A stretch of DNA of 64,000 nt, from positions 11,098,001 to 11,162,000 of the forward strand of contig CM120645.1 in the NCBI GenBank assembly GCA_051362555.1. Reading direction: 5' to 3'. The position numbers were made by a program, and so were the translations under genes. The notes under the pieces are model-generated. The model was not told the origin of the DNA and searched no databases. It worked only from the letters and a program-made list of their open reading frames with translations. Positions 14,078 to 26,266 of this stretch are shown here, in pieces. Source of the stretch: Lingula anatina. Its lineage: Eukaryota; Animalia; Brachiopoda. Within the stretch, counting starts at the first letter, position 1. The number at the start of each line of letters is the position of its first letter.

Positions 14078-15331
14078 ATGTCACTCCATCCAAACCGACA
14101 GGATGGCACAGGAGGATCAAAACGTTGGATTAAATTGTCGTTTTTCTACGTCATTATCTTCACGGCAGTTATAATTTCACTTCTTGTGTATAAATCATGG
14201 GACGAGGTGGTTATTTTGGCAAAACACAAGCAATCCAGCGCGATGAAAGGCTTTCTAAACGCAACAGACACGCCAAAATCTTTTTCCAACAATACCGGCA
14301 TTTTGCAGCCAAAAATGATCTTATATTGGAGAGTCAATAACTCGTGTGCATATTTCACCCTTACCAAACCAGGACCTTCGTTCAAGGATCTAAACTGCCC
14401 GGTGAACAACTGTGTCTGGACGGACGATAAAGCAAAGGTGAAAGAAGCCGACGCGGTCCTCTTTTTTGACCACTGTCTGAAAGATGTGATTCCCCCTCAA
14501 GAAAGAAACCCTCAAGGCCGTTGGGTTCTTGTTAACCACGAGAGTCCATGTCACGTCAATACCTTTAAAGTTTTGTCTCAGTGGGACGGCCTCTTCAACT
14601 GGACGATGACGTACACGAAAGACAGCGACATCTACAGTCCGTACGCACAAGTTATACGTAACGATGGGGACAGCCCGGTGTTATCCAGAGAACGGTCGTT
14701 ATCAATCGCCAGAAATAAGTCGAGCCTGGTGGCTTGGATGGTTAGTAACTGCCGCACTCTTAGTAAACGAGAAAAATACGTAGAAGAGTTAGATAAATAT
14801 ATCCCAGTCGACGTATACGGGAGATGTGGGCCTTTGGCGTGTGAGCGCCGAAGCAAACGTTGCTCTAAGATTCTCAGCGACTACAAATTTTACTTAGCAT
14901 TTGAAAATAGTCTTTCAAAAGATTACGTGACGGAGAAATTCTTCAACATGATCCCAATGAATGTAATCCCGATTACTCGATCTGGAGCAAATTTCAGCCG
15001 ACTCGGAATTCCATCAGCATTGCACATAGACACTCGGGATTTCAAATCTCCAAAAGATCTGGCAGAGTATCTCAAACGTCTTGATCAAGATGATGAAAGC
15101 TACGCTGCCTTACTGAGAGCAAAATCCAACTACAAGCTTCTTAGTTGGAAGCATAGTTACTGTGACCTATGTAAAAAACTAAATGATCCTAAAGAACAGA
15201 GCAAGAGTTACAGTACTTTAGAAATAAAAGAACAGCTTGGATCATGCGTGCCACCAAATGACCTGCAACATCATCACTTCTTACAGAATCGACCAGAAGA
15301 TGAAATATATATGGTAGTACCTCATAACTGA
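14078..15331 (+). CDS. GT10 alpha-1,3-fucosyltransferase (copy 3, intact, intronless CDS)
   Basis: First ATG at 14078 within ORF 14042..15331; type II membrane anchor (FFYVIIFTAVIISLLVY); ADAVLF, NHESP, FNWTMTY..DSDI, VAWMVSNC, YKFYLAFENSLSKDYVTEK, YCDLC. Confidence 0.93.
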   Translation: MSLHPNRQDGTGGSKRWIKLSFFYVIIFTAVIISLLVYKSWDEVVILAKHKQSSAMKGFLNATDTPKSFSNNTGILQPKMILYWRVNNSCAYFTLTKPGPSFKDLNCPVNNCVWTDDKAKVKEADAVLFFDHCLKDVIPPQERNPQGRWVLVNHESPCHVNTFKVLSQWDGLFNWTMTYTKDSDIYSPYAQVIRNDGDSPVLSRERSLSIARNKSSLVAWMVSNCRTLSKREKYVEELDKYIPVDVYGRCGPLACERRSKRCSKILSDYKFYLAFENSLSKDYVTEKFFNMIPMNVIPITRSGANFSRLGIPSALHIDTRDFKSPKDLAEYLKRLDQDDESYAALLRAKSNYKLLSWKHSYCDLCKKLNDPKEQSKSYSTLEIKEQLGSCVPPNDLQHHHFLQNRPEDEIYMVVPHN

Positions 15332-15600
15332 TGTATATGAAATCTCTCATATTTAACAAAGTACAAATCACCATGCATCACAACCAAAAACGGTGTTTAT
15401 TCAATCAGGCATTTAACAAAAAAAAAAAAAAAAATTAAATAAAGCTGATATCCCGTATGAGCTAAGCCTTCAAAATAATTATACCGCGCATTTATATTTG
15501 TACTTAGGAAAAAAAAAACAAAAAACAAAAAAAAAAACGTTTACTACTTTGCTGATGCACGCAGTTCCAACGGCCGTTGCTTGCTGGATACATTTTCTTA

Positions 15601-15858
15601 GGCTTCATTCACATGCAATGTCTATTTTCTAAATTCTATTTTCTATTCGCGGTATGTCTTATGATCACGGTCTGTGCCCTGAATATCCCGCGGCGTAATT
15701 ACTGGCAGCGCGAGCCAGTTACTATAAGTTACTATAAGTAACTGGCTCGCGCTGCCAGTAATTACGCGGCGGGATATTCAGGGCACAGACCGTGATCGTA
15801 AGATAGCGCGAATAGAAAATAGATTTTTAGAAAATAGACATTCCATGTGAACGAAGCC
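15601..15858. mobile_element. Fold-back (near-perfect palindromic) MITE, PIF/Harbinger-like
   Basis: Arms of about 120 bp from GGCTTCATTCACATG to CATGTGAACGAAGCC around a central duplicated ttactataag; TTA on both sides (15598-15600, 15859-15861). Confidence 0.88.
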
Positions 15859-15861
15859 TTA

Positions 15862-16062
15862 GACCCCATTCCCAGAGATAAGATTGATCCAAACTAGATC
15901 GCCCTAACTCCTAAATAGCTGTCAGCCGAGCGGGCACGAAAGTTAATTACCCCCTTACAGCTTGTAGTAGGCGGGACGGACATTTAAGCCGGATTATCTG
16001 ACAGTAATCTAGTGAGACTCCCCACGGGGATAGATCGATCAAAAATCTATGGGAATACGCCC
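15862..16062 (+). mobile_element. MITE family B, copy A (PIF/Harbinger-like)
   Basis: Imperfect TIRs GACCCCATTCCCAGAGAT / ATCTATGGGAATACGCCC, flanked by TTA; internal sequence shared with copies at 16451 and 61415. Confidence 0.85.
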
Positions 16063-16450
16063 TTAGGTACAGAATTAAAAGGGGAGTCATACATGTTCCA
16101 CTGCCGATGTCGCAGGACTCTTAAACGATAATTGCCGTTTGCGATCTGGAGCCTCATACTGGGCGTGTGATTGTCTAAATCATGCATGAATCATCTTTAT
16201 CATAAGAAAAATAAATGGAAATAAAAGAAAAAAAACTAATTTCTATAATGTATTATCCACACCACATATTAATACGGGAGTTTTGCACTGTCAACAATCT
16301 CCGGCACATACGGAACGTACCGAACGGTTAGGTTCGCAGAATAGCGGTTCGTGGTTTGTTGCGCGGTGCTCGTGGCCGCTAGTTTTACGTTTGTGCCAAT
16401 AAATCGTGGATTGAGTCTTTTATTTTTTGCGTTAGTGCTCACATATCTAA

Positions 16451-16665
16451 GGCTCTATTCCCATAGATTTTAGATCGATCTATCCCCGCGGGGAGTCTCA
16501 CTAGATTACTTTCAGATAATCCGACTTAAATGTCCGTCCCGCCTACTACAAGCTGCAAGGGGGTAATTAACTTTCGTGTCCGCCCGGCTGACAGCTATTT
16601 AGCGTGAACCCCCAGGGACTTAGGTCGATCTAAAGTAGGTCGATCTAATCTATGGAAATTGGGTG
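16451..16665 (-). mobile_element. MITE family B, copy B (inverted relative to copy A)
   Basis: TAA-GGCTCTATTCCCATAGAT ... ATCTATGGAAATTGGGTG-TAA; internal sequence is the reverse complement of 15862..16062. Confidence 0.85.
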
Positions 16666-16699
16666 TAAGGCTCGAGTCTGAAAACACCTATTCCTAATC

Positions 16700-17062
16700 T
16701 GTGTGGAGAGCACTGTGGTCCATGGGTGGTGTATCTCTCATACACGCAAATTTGTAACATCGATATATTCTTTGTTGGAATACAACCGTCTGAGTGTAGA
16801 CGTTCTCGCCTGGGTGAAGAGGATAGAGCCCAGCTGCCACACTATTGGTGCTGAAAGCTACCGGTAGCATATGAACAGTTAGTATCTTTCTCTGCCAGTT
16901 CAGAAGCTTTAGTCCCACTTTAACCCCTAAGTGCTGAATGCCAAGTCGGGAGACAGCAGGTATCATTGAATTAAGGGACAGATATTACATGTAAGGCTCT
17001 GGACGGGGTCCAACTCACGTCCTTCAGGAGACTGACTTACCAGTCTGACCACAAGGTCAGTG
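16700..17062 (-). mobile_element. Probable degenerate tRNA-derived SINE (Meta-SINE-like)
   Basis: Minus strand shows A-box-like TGGTCAGACTGG and B-box-like GAGTTGGACCC, followed by gatacctgctgtctcccgacttggcattcagcacttagggg, which from memory resembles lophotrochozoan Meta-SINE cores; 3' end uncertain. Confidence 0.4.
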
Positions 17063-17069
17063 TTGTTGC

Positions 17070-17115
<46 letters not shown>

Positions 17116-17117
17116 CG

Positions 17118-17356
17118 TTTTTACCTCCGCCAAGGAGGTTATGTTTTCACCCCTGTCTGTCTGTTTGTTTGTCATCAACATAACTCAAAAAGTTATGGAT
17201 CGATTTTGATGAAATTTTCAGGGTAGGTGGGAAACGGGTTAACTTAGAAGTGATTAGTTTTTGGTGGTATTCTGGATCACTAATCAATCAATAATCAATA
17301 ATAATAAAAAATCGCTGCCTTGGCGGAGGTCTGCGATCTCGGAGTGCTTTACCAGT
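17118..17356 (+). mobile_element. Non-autonomous Helentron / DINE-1-like element (HINE)
   Basis: Subterminal inverted repeats ACCTCCGCCAAGG (17123-17135) and CCTTGGCGGAGGT (17318-17330), internal (ctgt/ttgt)n microsatellite, imperfect 3' hairpin gcgatctcggagtgc, T-rich insertion site. Confidence 0.8.
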
Positions 17357-17706
17357 TTATAGATGTCTCAATGTCTGAGTATTGCATTCAATATGTATTG
17401 TACAAATATCAGTGGTATCATAGCTGTCCTTATACGGGAGGCACGTCACGTGCCATATACATTATCAAACACAATCTTCTACCACGCCATTCGAGACAGA
17501 CACGGATGGTTTACTTTTCCTGTCCCAAGGGTCAGACGTTGAGCATAATTACATATGTAAAAGATAAAAAGAATACGCAGTAAATCGGACTGCGGATAAT
17601 ATCCCTTTCAACTGTAAAAAAGTCTGGTTTTGCTGGATGAAGACGCCCTTGGACTTTCATTACAGTAAAATATGTGAGTGGTTATAGCAAGAGTGAGAAC
17701 TTTCCG

Positions 17707-18912
17707 ATGAAGATGTCTCTCCAGCCCAACCGACAGGACGGCCCACGAGGACCAAGACGTTGGGTAAAATTGTCGCTTCTCTACGCCGTTATCTTAACAG
17801 CAGTTATAGCTTCACTTGTAGTGTATAATTCACTGGATACGGTAATTATTTTATCAAAACGTATTCAATCCCACATGATAAAAGGCTTTCTGAACGTTAC
17901 AGGCACACCGACGGAATCTTTCACAAACAATACTGAGGTTTTGCGGCAAAAAATAATCTTATATTGGAGAAGTCATAATTTATGTGATTATTTCACCTTA
18001 ACTAGATCAGGACCGATGTTCAAAGATCTGAACTGTCTAGTGAACAATTGCGTCTGGACGGACGATAAAACAAAGGTGAAAGAAGCCGACGCGGTCCTCT
18101 TTTTTGACCTTTGTCTGAGGGGGGTGACACCCCCGGAGAAAAACCCCCAGGGTCGTTGGGTGCTTGTTACCCACGAAAGCCCTTGTCGCGCCGATAACTT
18201 TAAACTTTTGTCAGAGTGGAATGGTCTCTTTAACTGGACGATGACGTACACGAAAGACAGCGACATCTACAGTCCGTATGCACAAGTTATGAGTAACGAT
18301 GGGTACACCTCGCGGTTACCTAGGGAACAGATATTGTCAATTGCCAGAAAGAAATCGAAACTTGTAGCTTGGATGGTCAGTCACTGCTCCACTCAGAGTA
18401 GACGAGAAGAATACGTCAAAGAGTTACAGAAATACATCCCAGTCGACGTGTACGGGAAGTGTGGCCCCCTTGTGTGTAAGCGAGGTGACTCGCGGTGCTC
18501 TGAGATACTCAACAACGACTACAAGTTTTACTTAGCATTCGAAAATGGTCTTTCAAAGGATTACGTAACAGAGAAATTCTTTGATATGATTCCACTGAAT
18601 GTAATCCCGATTACTCGGTCCGGAGCAAATTTTAGTCGACTTGGAATTCCATCAGCATTGCACATAGACACACGGGATTTCAAATCTCCAAAAGATCTGG
18701 CAGAGTATCTCAAACGTCTTGATCAAGATGATGAGAGCTACGCTGCCTTACTGAGAGCAAAAGCGGACTACAAGGTCGTTGACTGGAAACAGAGTTACTG
18801 TGACCTATGTAAGAAGTTGAATGATCCGAACGAACCGAATAAGAGTTATCGTGCTGAAGAAATTAAACGACAACATGGCTCTTGCGTACCACCAAATGAC
18901 CTCCGACCTTAA
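17707..18912 (+). CDS. GT10 alpha-1,3-fucosyltransferase (copy 4, intact, intronless CDS)
   Basis: ATG at 17707 or 17713 within ORF 17674..18912; TM anchor plus all GT10 motifs (THESP, FNWTMTY, VAWMVSHC, YKFYLAFENGLSKDYVTEK, YCDLC). Confidence 0.93.
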   Translation: MKMSLQPNRQDGPRGPRRWVKLSLLYAVILTAVIASLVVYNSLDTVIILSKRIQSHMIKGFLNVTGTPTESFTNNTEVLRQKIILYWRSHNLCDYFTLTRSGPMFKDLNCLVNNCVWTDDKTKVKEADAVLFFDLCLRGVTPPEKNPQGRWVLVTHESPCRADNFKLLSEWNGLFNWTMTYTKDSDIYSPYAQVMSNDGYTSRLPREQILSIARKKSKLVAWMVSHCSTQSRREEYVKELQKYIPVDVYGKCGPLVCKRGDSRCSEILNNDYKFYLAFENGLSKDYVTEKFFDMIPLNVIPITRSGANFSRLGIPSALHIDTRDFKSPKDLAEYLKRLDQDDESYAALLRAKADYKVVDWKQSYCDLCKKLNDPNEPNKSYRAEEIKRQHGSCVPPNDLRP

Positions 18913-20034
18913 ATCTTTCAGATCCGAAGAGTGGATTATCTCCGAATATTTGTCTGGATTTTGCAATTGCCTTTCAAATAGTTTTTTAACTATACCGTTT
19001 AAATTGCTCCGTTATAAACAATGTGTTTTACCGGGATAGACAGCCTTACTGTTTTTTTATTTCTTTATTTTTATTTCTTTATTTTTTATTTAATTTCATG
19101 ATAGAGAAAAAAAAAGAATAGAGAGAGAGGATAAATTGACACTGACTAACCGATTTTCTATAAAAAGTTTATTGTTTTAGGAGTAAGCCCTTGGAAGCAG
19201 AAATAGATGTGGAATGCTAATCCTATTGCCAATTGTCTAACATGACCCTGTAGTTGAGCAGAAGTGGGAACTGTGCAACGGTGTTGAAATTCTGTCAGAT
19301 CTAGTCCGGTTCTTCTCTAGTGTATAGTAACGACCAGTGGAAACATTTTACCTGAAAGGAAGTTCGACATTTCGTTTCTTTCAAAATAACTTATTACATG
19401 TGAAATCACACCAAATCATGGAAATAAATTTCAGCGTCAGTAAACCTAAGTTTTAACAACCAACAAAAATTTGAGTACAGAGTGCCTCGATTTTACTCTT
19501 TATACACGTTGCATGATACAATGTACTAGTGCGTATAGTGAGTGGTTACTTGTTAAACTTCAAAACCGCATTTAATAAGATAAAGAGCTCATCGCGTTTA
19601 ATATCTTTGTTGCGTGTTGCCAAATTTTCACCTTAGCGGGCACGTTTAATATCAACTCTGCAAGGTCAACATGGTGCACAAGTCGCCGAGGCGTTTTTCT
19701 TATTGCAATGAGGATATAATAATACTGCTGTCCCTTATAGCTTTTCACTTTCCAACATTTCTGCGAGTTTTGTTTACAGTGTTTTGCCTTACACTGCATC
19801 AAATTCAATTTGGCACAGTTGATTCGAAAACGCATTCATAGAGGTGGTTATTTTAAGTTTGATAGACGAAAAGCTTCCTCACAGAATAGTTTAGCACTTG
19901 TGACAGCTGCCATAATAACCTGATGAAGACGCCCTTGGACTTTCATTACAGTAAAATAAGAAATTATCCTCTACATTTGGCATTTTTGTTAACCGTACTG
20001 AAACCAGCTGTTAAAAAGCGGAACCTTTACAAAC

Positions 20035-20268
20035 TTACCATTTTCCGTAATAGCCATTTCCATAGCCATAACCACCATAGCCTCTTCCATATCCATAACC
20101 GCCATAGCCGTATCCAGCATAGTTGCCGTAGGCGTGGTCCTTGCCGTAGCCGTATCCTGCGTCAGCATAGCCGTATCCGGCACCGTAGCCGCGTCTGTAG
20201 CCGTAGCTGCCGTAGCCGGCGGCAAGAGCACAGGCAAGGATCATAGCGAAGATCACGAGTCTCATCAT
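20035..20268 (-). CDS. Small secreted Gly/Tyr-rich protein (GY copy 1, 77 aa)
   Basis: Signal-peptide-like MMRLVIFAMILACALA, then GYG/GGYGRGYG repeats ending YYGKW; good ATG context (GCCAAGATG); paralogue at 26267. Confidence 0.9.
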   Translation of the reverse strand: MMRLVIFAMILACALAAGYGSYGYRRGYGAGYGYADAGYGYGKDHAYGNYAGYGYGGYGYGRGYGGYGYGNGYYGKW

Positions 20269-20305
20269 CTTGGCGGTTGGTTGAGGTTGGTCTGTCTGGG
20301 AGGTA

Positions 20306-20342
20306 GACTGATGCAGAAGGCCGAATTTTGCCGCCTTTTATA
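20306..20342 (-). promoter_or_regulatory. TATA box and Inr of GY copy 1
   Basis: TATAAAAG (20342-20335) about 33 nt upstream of TCAGTC (20311-20306); conserved in the paralogue. Confidence 0.75.
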
Positions 20343-23300
20343 CTTTTAGGCTGTGCGGGAGAGTTTGCATTAGTGCCACCTTGCGTGATAATTAATGATT
20401 AGATTGTCCGGTTTATAATTGTTTTCTGATCCAGTTATAACACCACTCCGTGTGTCCAGCTCTTAAGCCCTTTCATTGCGCAACAAACGATTAAAATGCT
20501 TCCAGATCAAAAGACATTAATTCACATTTGTTTAATGGGGCGTAGCATGCGATTGTTTTGGGTATATATGTAGTACAGCTTATTTACCTCAATATAAAGT
20601 TTTGTTATCGATACAAAAGAATATATATTCCGAGTAAATATAAAAATAATACCAATGCCGGCAGTAGTGGTTTGATGGTGGAAGCAGTGGATGAACTGTC
20701 ATTAATACTTAAAAGTTTATATGTTTGCAAGAGATGGACATCCTTTGTAATAATTGAACCCAGGAGCTTTTAAATCAAATTCACACGTCGTCCAACACCA
20801 TGACACCATTGCCGTATCTTCTACTAATTTAAGACACTATTATTGATGCTGTCTTGGTAATCTGAAAATTAAAGAGATAAGAACTGTTCACTTTGGTCAA
20901 AAGACGGATTTTCTGAGGGTAAAGGACAATTTCCCCATACTTACCAATGGTCAATGAATCCATTCCGACATTCAAAGTTAGTTTTTTATTCTAAAAAGAT
21001 TTTTTGGTAACAATCTCTCAAGAGATAATTGCAGAGTGAAGGTACGGTGTCCGATAGCAAGCCCATATTCCAGAATAATAGCTTTAACCACTGTTTTCGT
21101 GGTAAAATGGAATTTATTATATTCCTGTGAGTTGCTTTCAATGTGGTTATTGTGAACTATGCTTTTTACTGATTTACATGCACAATGCTCTAAAGCTGTA
21201 AGTAAGGTGGGGTTTTCAATGTAAAGCGAGCCTACATGTTCAATTTCGTCCAATTGAATTGAACGTTAAGAATGGAGAGTAACGAGAAGAAAGGGAAAGG
21301 AAAAGGACAGAGGATGCAAATCATTTTTGATTGAACAGAGGTTACAGTGGACTGACGCTTTTTTGTATGAACACATACGCAACTTTTCTTAAAATATTTA
21401 AAGATTTTCAAAAACTGTTGAAAACGTCAACGCATATAAAGATGCCATGCCTATGTCACGTTGCGTTGTGTACGTGTACGTGCACGTGGCTATATTCTCC
21501 AAAACCATATATCTCGGTGTCTTTTGTTTAAATAAAGGACTCAAATTAGTTCAAATATTTATGTAGATTGTTTTATTTCCATGTGACACTGTTTGTGAAA
21601 TGCACAGTTGCAGCTTTTGTTCTCGTTGGCTTAAGTTTTTTTCTAGGAAACGTGCTGTCATTAATAAAGCAATAAAAATAAGTTATTGTTGAAGTCACAG
21701 GATTTAAAACACTTGGCCTTGCTATTTGTCCAAAGCATAATTAGCTCGAACCAGGCGATGAATTGTTTATGATTTCTTTTATTATATGGGTATTATCATT
21801 AATCATTGAAGGGGACAGATTGAGCTGTCCACTTTCCATGAATCATTCACTGCACGCACTGTACCGTACGGCACGTTCGCATCGAGTTCAACCTAGGCAG
21901 GTCCATTCTAACATTCTTTATCCGCCAGTTAGGTTGTTTTGATAACGTAAGTAGGCTTTCAATTACAATCTTATGGAGATTATTAGCAAATTTGAACGTC
22001 TCGGTTGATCCTTTTTTACTTTTTGTTTACCGTTGGATATATAACCTGTTATAACGCAATTTGTTCTAGTATATTAAGTAAATCCTAATATAGTTTGGCC
22101 TTGGTATATTAGGTTATTCCTAAGGTTTATTGCACATAAAATAAAATAAAATAAAATACTTTTTTTGTGCCACTTCATTGTTGCATGTTTGGAAACTTCT
22201 TTTGTCTTCCAATGGTAATTTAGTTTAATTACTGTACTTATCTACTATAAGGTTAAGGGGTATGTGACCTTGTAAGCGATAACATTGTTTATGAAAGGGA
22301 GACTGTCTGGTAGCAATTTTATAAATCAGTTAAGATATAAAGATACACTTCTTGTGTAACTAAAAAAACTTCATTTCACTGCAACCTGTCATACTCCTTC
22401 GTCAGGCTCAATGGATAGCATTAGACTTACTGTCCATGACATTTACCCGCCCATATGGATTTTCCCAGAAAAAAAAAACAATTTTCTCGTACACACGAAT
22501 CATTTATTATGTCTACCCCTCCCTGAACTTGGGTTTGACCTTCGATGAAATTTATAAAGGTTGATTTTAGCTCAGAAAGACCGGCCAGTCATTATAACAG
22601 CGACCATTTTCCTATAAGCTCCAACGGAAATATCAATATTAGGTACGCTTCACAAAAACTATTTAAGGGATTAAATCATTTTAAAGGTATATATGTAAGG
22701 TTTTATAATAAGCTGTGGATGGCAAAAATAAGCATTTTAGGGATTTTCAAACCCATGAAACGCATCTTTAACCGTTCAGGATAGAATAAGTGTGCCTTCG
22801 AATATAATATTATGTATAATATAACTTCGAATATAACTTTTAACTGACGCCTTTAAAGTTCTATTTATTTCATATATTTCCTTTGTCCAATATTTTTACT
22901 GACCATATCTAAGAAGGATCTTATTATATATCTTAGAACGGTTTTATTATATTATTTTAATGTGTATTATGTGGACGATTCTATGTATGAACTTTTTTAC
23001 GTCTTTCACCCTTGCGGTGGTAATAAGATAATTATAAAACAAAAACAAAAAAAAAAAAAAAAAAATTAATGAAATAAAAAGGGGATACTGTCCGATGACA
23101 ACTTTTAACATCACTTAAGAGTTATAAATAAACACTGTTCTCAACTTTCCTGTCTAACAGCAATAACAATGACAACAAACAACAACATGGTTATTAGTGG
23201 CAATTATCGTAAACAATATGTCAAAAACACGATCTAATTTTGGACAAAAAATTTCCACTGAAATATCTGAAATGTGTCACGGTTCATTGAATGTCATGTC

Positions 23301-24523
23301 ATTGATAGTGCCTCTGTCTGTACCAGTCCGCAATGTTTAACAAAGCCTCTTGTTTTTATTATCTTATCGTTTATTGGGGCCTTTCGTTGTCAACGTTATC
23401 GTCGTTCGACAGGCGAGTCTCCCTTTGTTCACAATGCTTATCTACAACTTAATTGATTTAGACAATTGCTTTCGATCAGTATCGCCTTTTCAAATGATGC
23501 TTAGGACCCCTATTGTTTCGGTTAAACTGGGCACTTTATTTCGTTTGCATAAATACATATTATTATTATCATTTATTCTGGAATCTGTTTTGAGACAGTA
23601 TCTGGGTTTGTTTTCAATGGTGGTACTTTTGTTGATAACTTGTTCGATTAATTCCATGTTTTTTGCCAGATTGCTACATTAAATGAGAGAGAAAATGGGT
23701 GTTGTTGGTGGAAAAGAAATACATGTTCAGGTTAGGAAGGCTTTGATCAATGTTTTGTTAATCGAAAATGAGATACAATATTGATAGATTTAACTTTGAT
23801 AAACTCAAATTCGAAATATAGTGCATTTAGTAAAGAAACAAAATGATGAAGAGAACAGAAAAAACAATACATATTAAAAAGAATAGTCTTTTAAGATTTT
23901 TCTCACTTAAGGTCGGAATATTTTAAGGGTAGCAAAGCGAAAAGCACAACGTTGACACATACACGCACGCACACACACAAACACACACACACCAAAACAC
24001 ACACACGTCTCGACCATAACACCAATGTTAATGTTACACCTTTCTATGTCGTATTGATCAGAGTTGTCTACACTAGTATAAAGAGTAACTTTTCACTCTG
24101 TGAGCCCACCCAACCTCACCACATTGTATTCCGCTTTTTTTCCTTTTTTTTCTTTTTCTTTTTGCCATCAGTGTACAATAAGTTGTGTATAGGCAAGCAA
24201 CTGAAACTACATACCAGTATGTAAAATTTAATAACTTCGATATGTTGATCAGCTGTACTCGTGTGTTACATGTTGTGATATTGATGCGCTTAGAATGCCT
24301 TACACGTAGCTTTTTAGGTCCATTCACACTTTTTGGTGCTCTCTGACCACAGAGTTCGCTAGTTGTCACTTACAAAAATATTGTATGCGCCAATTTCGCA
24401 ATTTTGTATTCTGTTTTAGAGGTTGTGATATCAGAATATAATACAATTGCATGAACTTGTCGTTTTCTCAAACTGAGCGGGAAAAATCGACTGTACCGCT
24501 CGACGTAAAAAGGGCCTTAGTAA

Positions 24524-24757
24524 AGCCTAGGTCTCAACTAGGTTTTGGACGCACGGTTTTTAGGTTCCTTGCTTCCGGCTAGGACGTAGCTAGATCGAAG
24601 GGAAGAAATCAAGTAATTGGTAAAAAGTTTCTACGTGCTGTTTGCGTCCTCCAAAAGTTGCACGATGGATGTGCTCCTCAAGCACGAACTCCCACGTTTT
24701 CCCCATTTTTTTGACCGTGGAACACACGTTGCAGCCCGTACGGTTGGGACCTAGGCT
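24524..24757. mobile_element. PIF/Harbinger-like MITE
   Basis: TAA-AGCCTAGGTCTCAAC ... GTTGGGACCTAGGCT-TAA (14/15 TIR match, 3-bp TAA TSD). Confidence 0.8.
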
Positions 24758-26192
24758 TAAGCTTACTGTAGCTTCGTTTGCGAGGGAAAAACGAGGTATA
24801 TGTTTACAAGCATATTGTGCGTCAAATCATCAGCGACATATATTGAAGTCAAGTTCACTGTCATGAACATTATGACCAAAAGTATCTGAAATGACAATTT
24901 ATCACACCCTTGCTGATACAATTAACATATTTCGTTAGTTCTTTCTGTCTCTAGTCAAGACCAGTTTCACTTTGCTGCCCTGAGTTTCGTTCCAGCTATA
25001 TGTAGTCATCTTTATCTAGTTAGCCCTGTAGCTATCGTCTGCTGGTCAAGCAAGAAATGAATGAACAGATTATTTTTGCGTTTTTTGACAATTAGAACCG
25101 AGGCTATAAGATGAAGAGTGTGCGCATATTTAATTGTCCCTTTGTGTGACGAATGATTTATTTTGGCGTATTGGCAAAGAAATGAAAGAATAGATACAAG
25201 AATAATAGACGCAGTGTACCAAGTAGACAGCTGGTGAATTATGATATCGCAACACGGAGGCCATTAATCAACAAATCAATGTTGAACTTCATTTAACTTT
25301 CAATTTTTCATAATTTTAAAACATTTAAAAAAGTTTGCACGCACAATTTTCTGTTTTTTTTTTTAAAGATTTGTTGTATTCAGGGGAGACGACGTAAAGT
25401 GATATGTGATAACAGAATTTTCTTCGAACATGTGATGTGGTATCAATGAATGATTATGTATAGGAAAAAGTAAAGAAATAAAGATGGAATTAAGATAAAT
25501 AAGAAATAAAATGAAAAGCACCAACGGCATTTGTTTAGTTTTCACTAATAACTCTGGGATTTTTTAGACATTCGGTTCACTTTGTAGTTCTCTTTCAGTA
25601 CACATTTTACTACTCAGCCAAGAACAGATTGCATGCGTCTCTTGCATTCACGCTTCATTACTTGAGAGACATCTTAATATCAGCGGCGTTAATGTGACCC
25701 CTTCAAAGAACCCTTCATCACAGCACAGTCCATCTTGAAGGCTAAATGGAAGTTTCAAGGCAACAAAAAAAGCGATAAACAGGTTTTAGAGGAGAAGAAT
25801 CCAAAAGCAGGACTGAGTCCTCGCGTCTTGTGCAGCGTTTGCCGTGTGATTAATACATGTCATCAAACCTCCCGTGGGCATGGGTTTCTCTAGCACAAAT
25901 GAACATTTAATTGCTGCAACATAGTTTCGACCTTGTCCATGATATATATATATATATTGGTTATTTGAGCTGAAAACGCAGTATGTTAGGAAACGAAATC
26001 TTGTGAAATATCTCCTCTACTAATACTTGCACTAAGTGGTCGGTCGGTGCGTGGTGAACACTAATTATTAGTACTCAAATTAAAATTCACTCAAAACCTA
26101 TTAGGCAGCGCACACATTATCTATAATCAATCTACACTACTCCTTGTCAGGCAAAAGAGCGATGATCTCTTTCTTCTCGCACAATCTGAAAG

Positions 26193-26229
26193 TATAAAAG
26201 GCGGCAAAATTTGGCCTTCTGCATCAGTC
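26193..26229 (+). promoter_or_regulatory. TATA box and Inr of GY copy 2
   Basis: TATAAAAG at 26193-26200, TCAGTC at 26224-26229, about 40-nt 5' UTR to ATG 26267; nearly identical to the copy 1 promoter. Confidence 0.75.
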
Positions 26230-26266
26230 TACCTCCCAGACAGACCAACCTCAACCAACCGCCAAG

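Noticed and set aside
19923-20349. Alternative ORFs overlapping the GY genes (also 26147..26558)
   Set aside because: Frame shadows of GGC/TAC repeats; only the MMRLV frame has a signal peptide, good ATG context and a conserved promoter.
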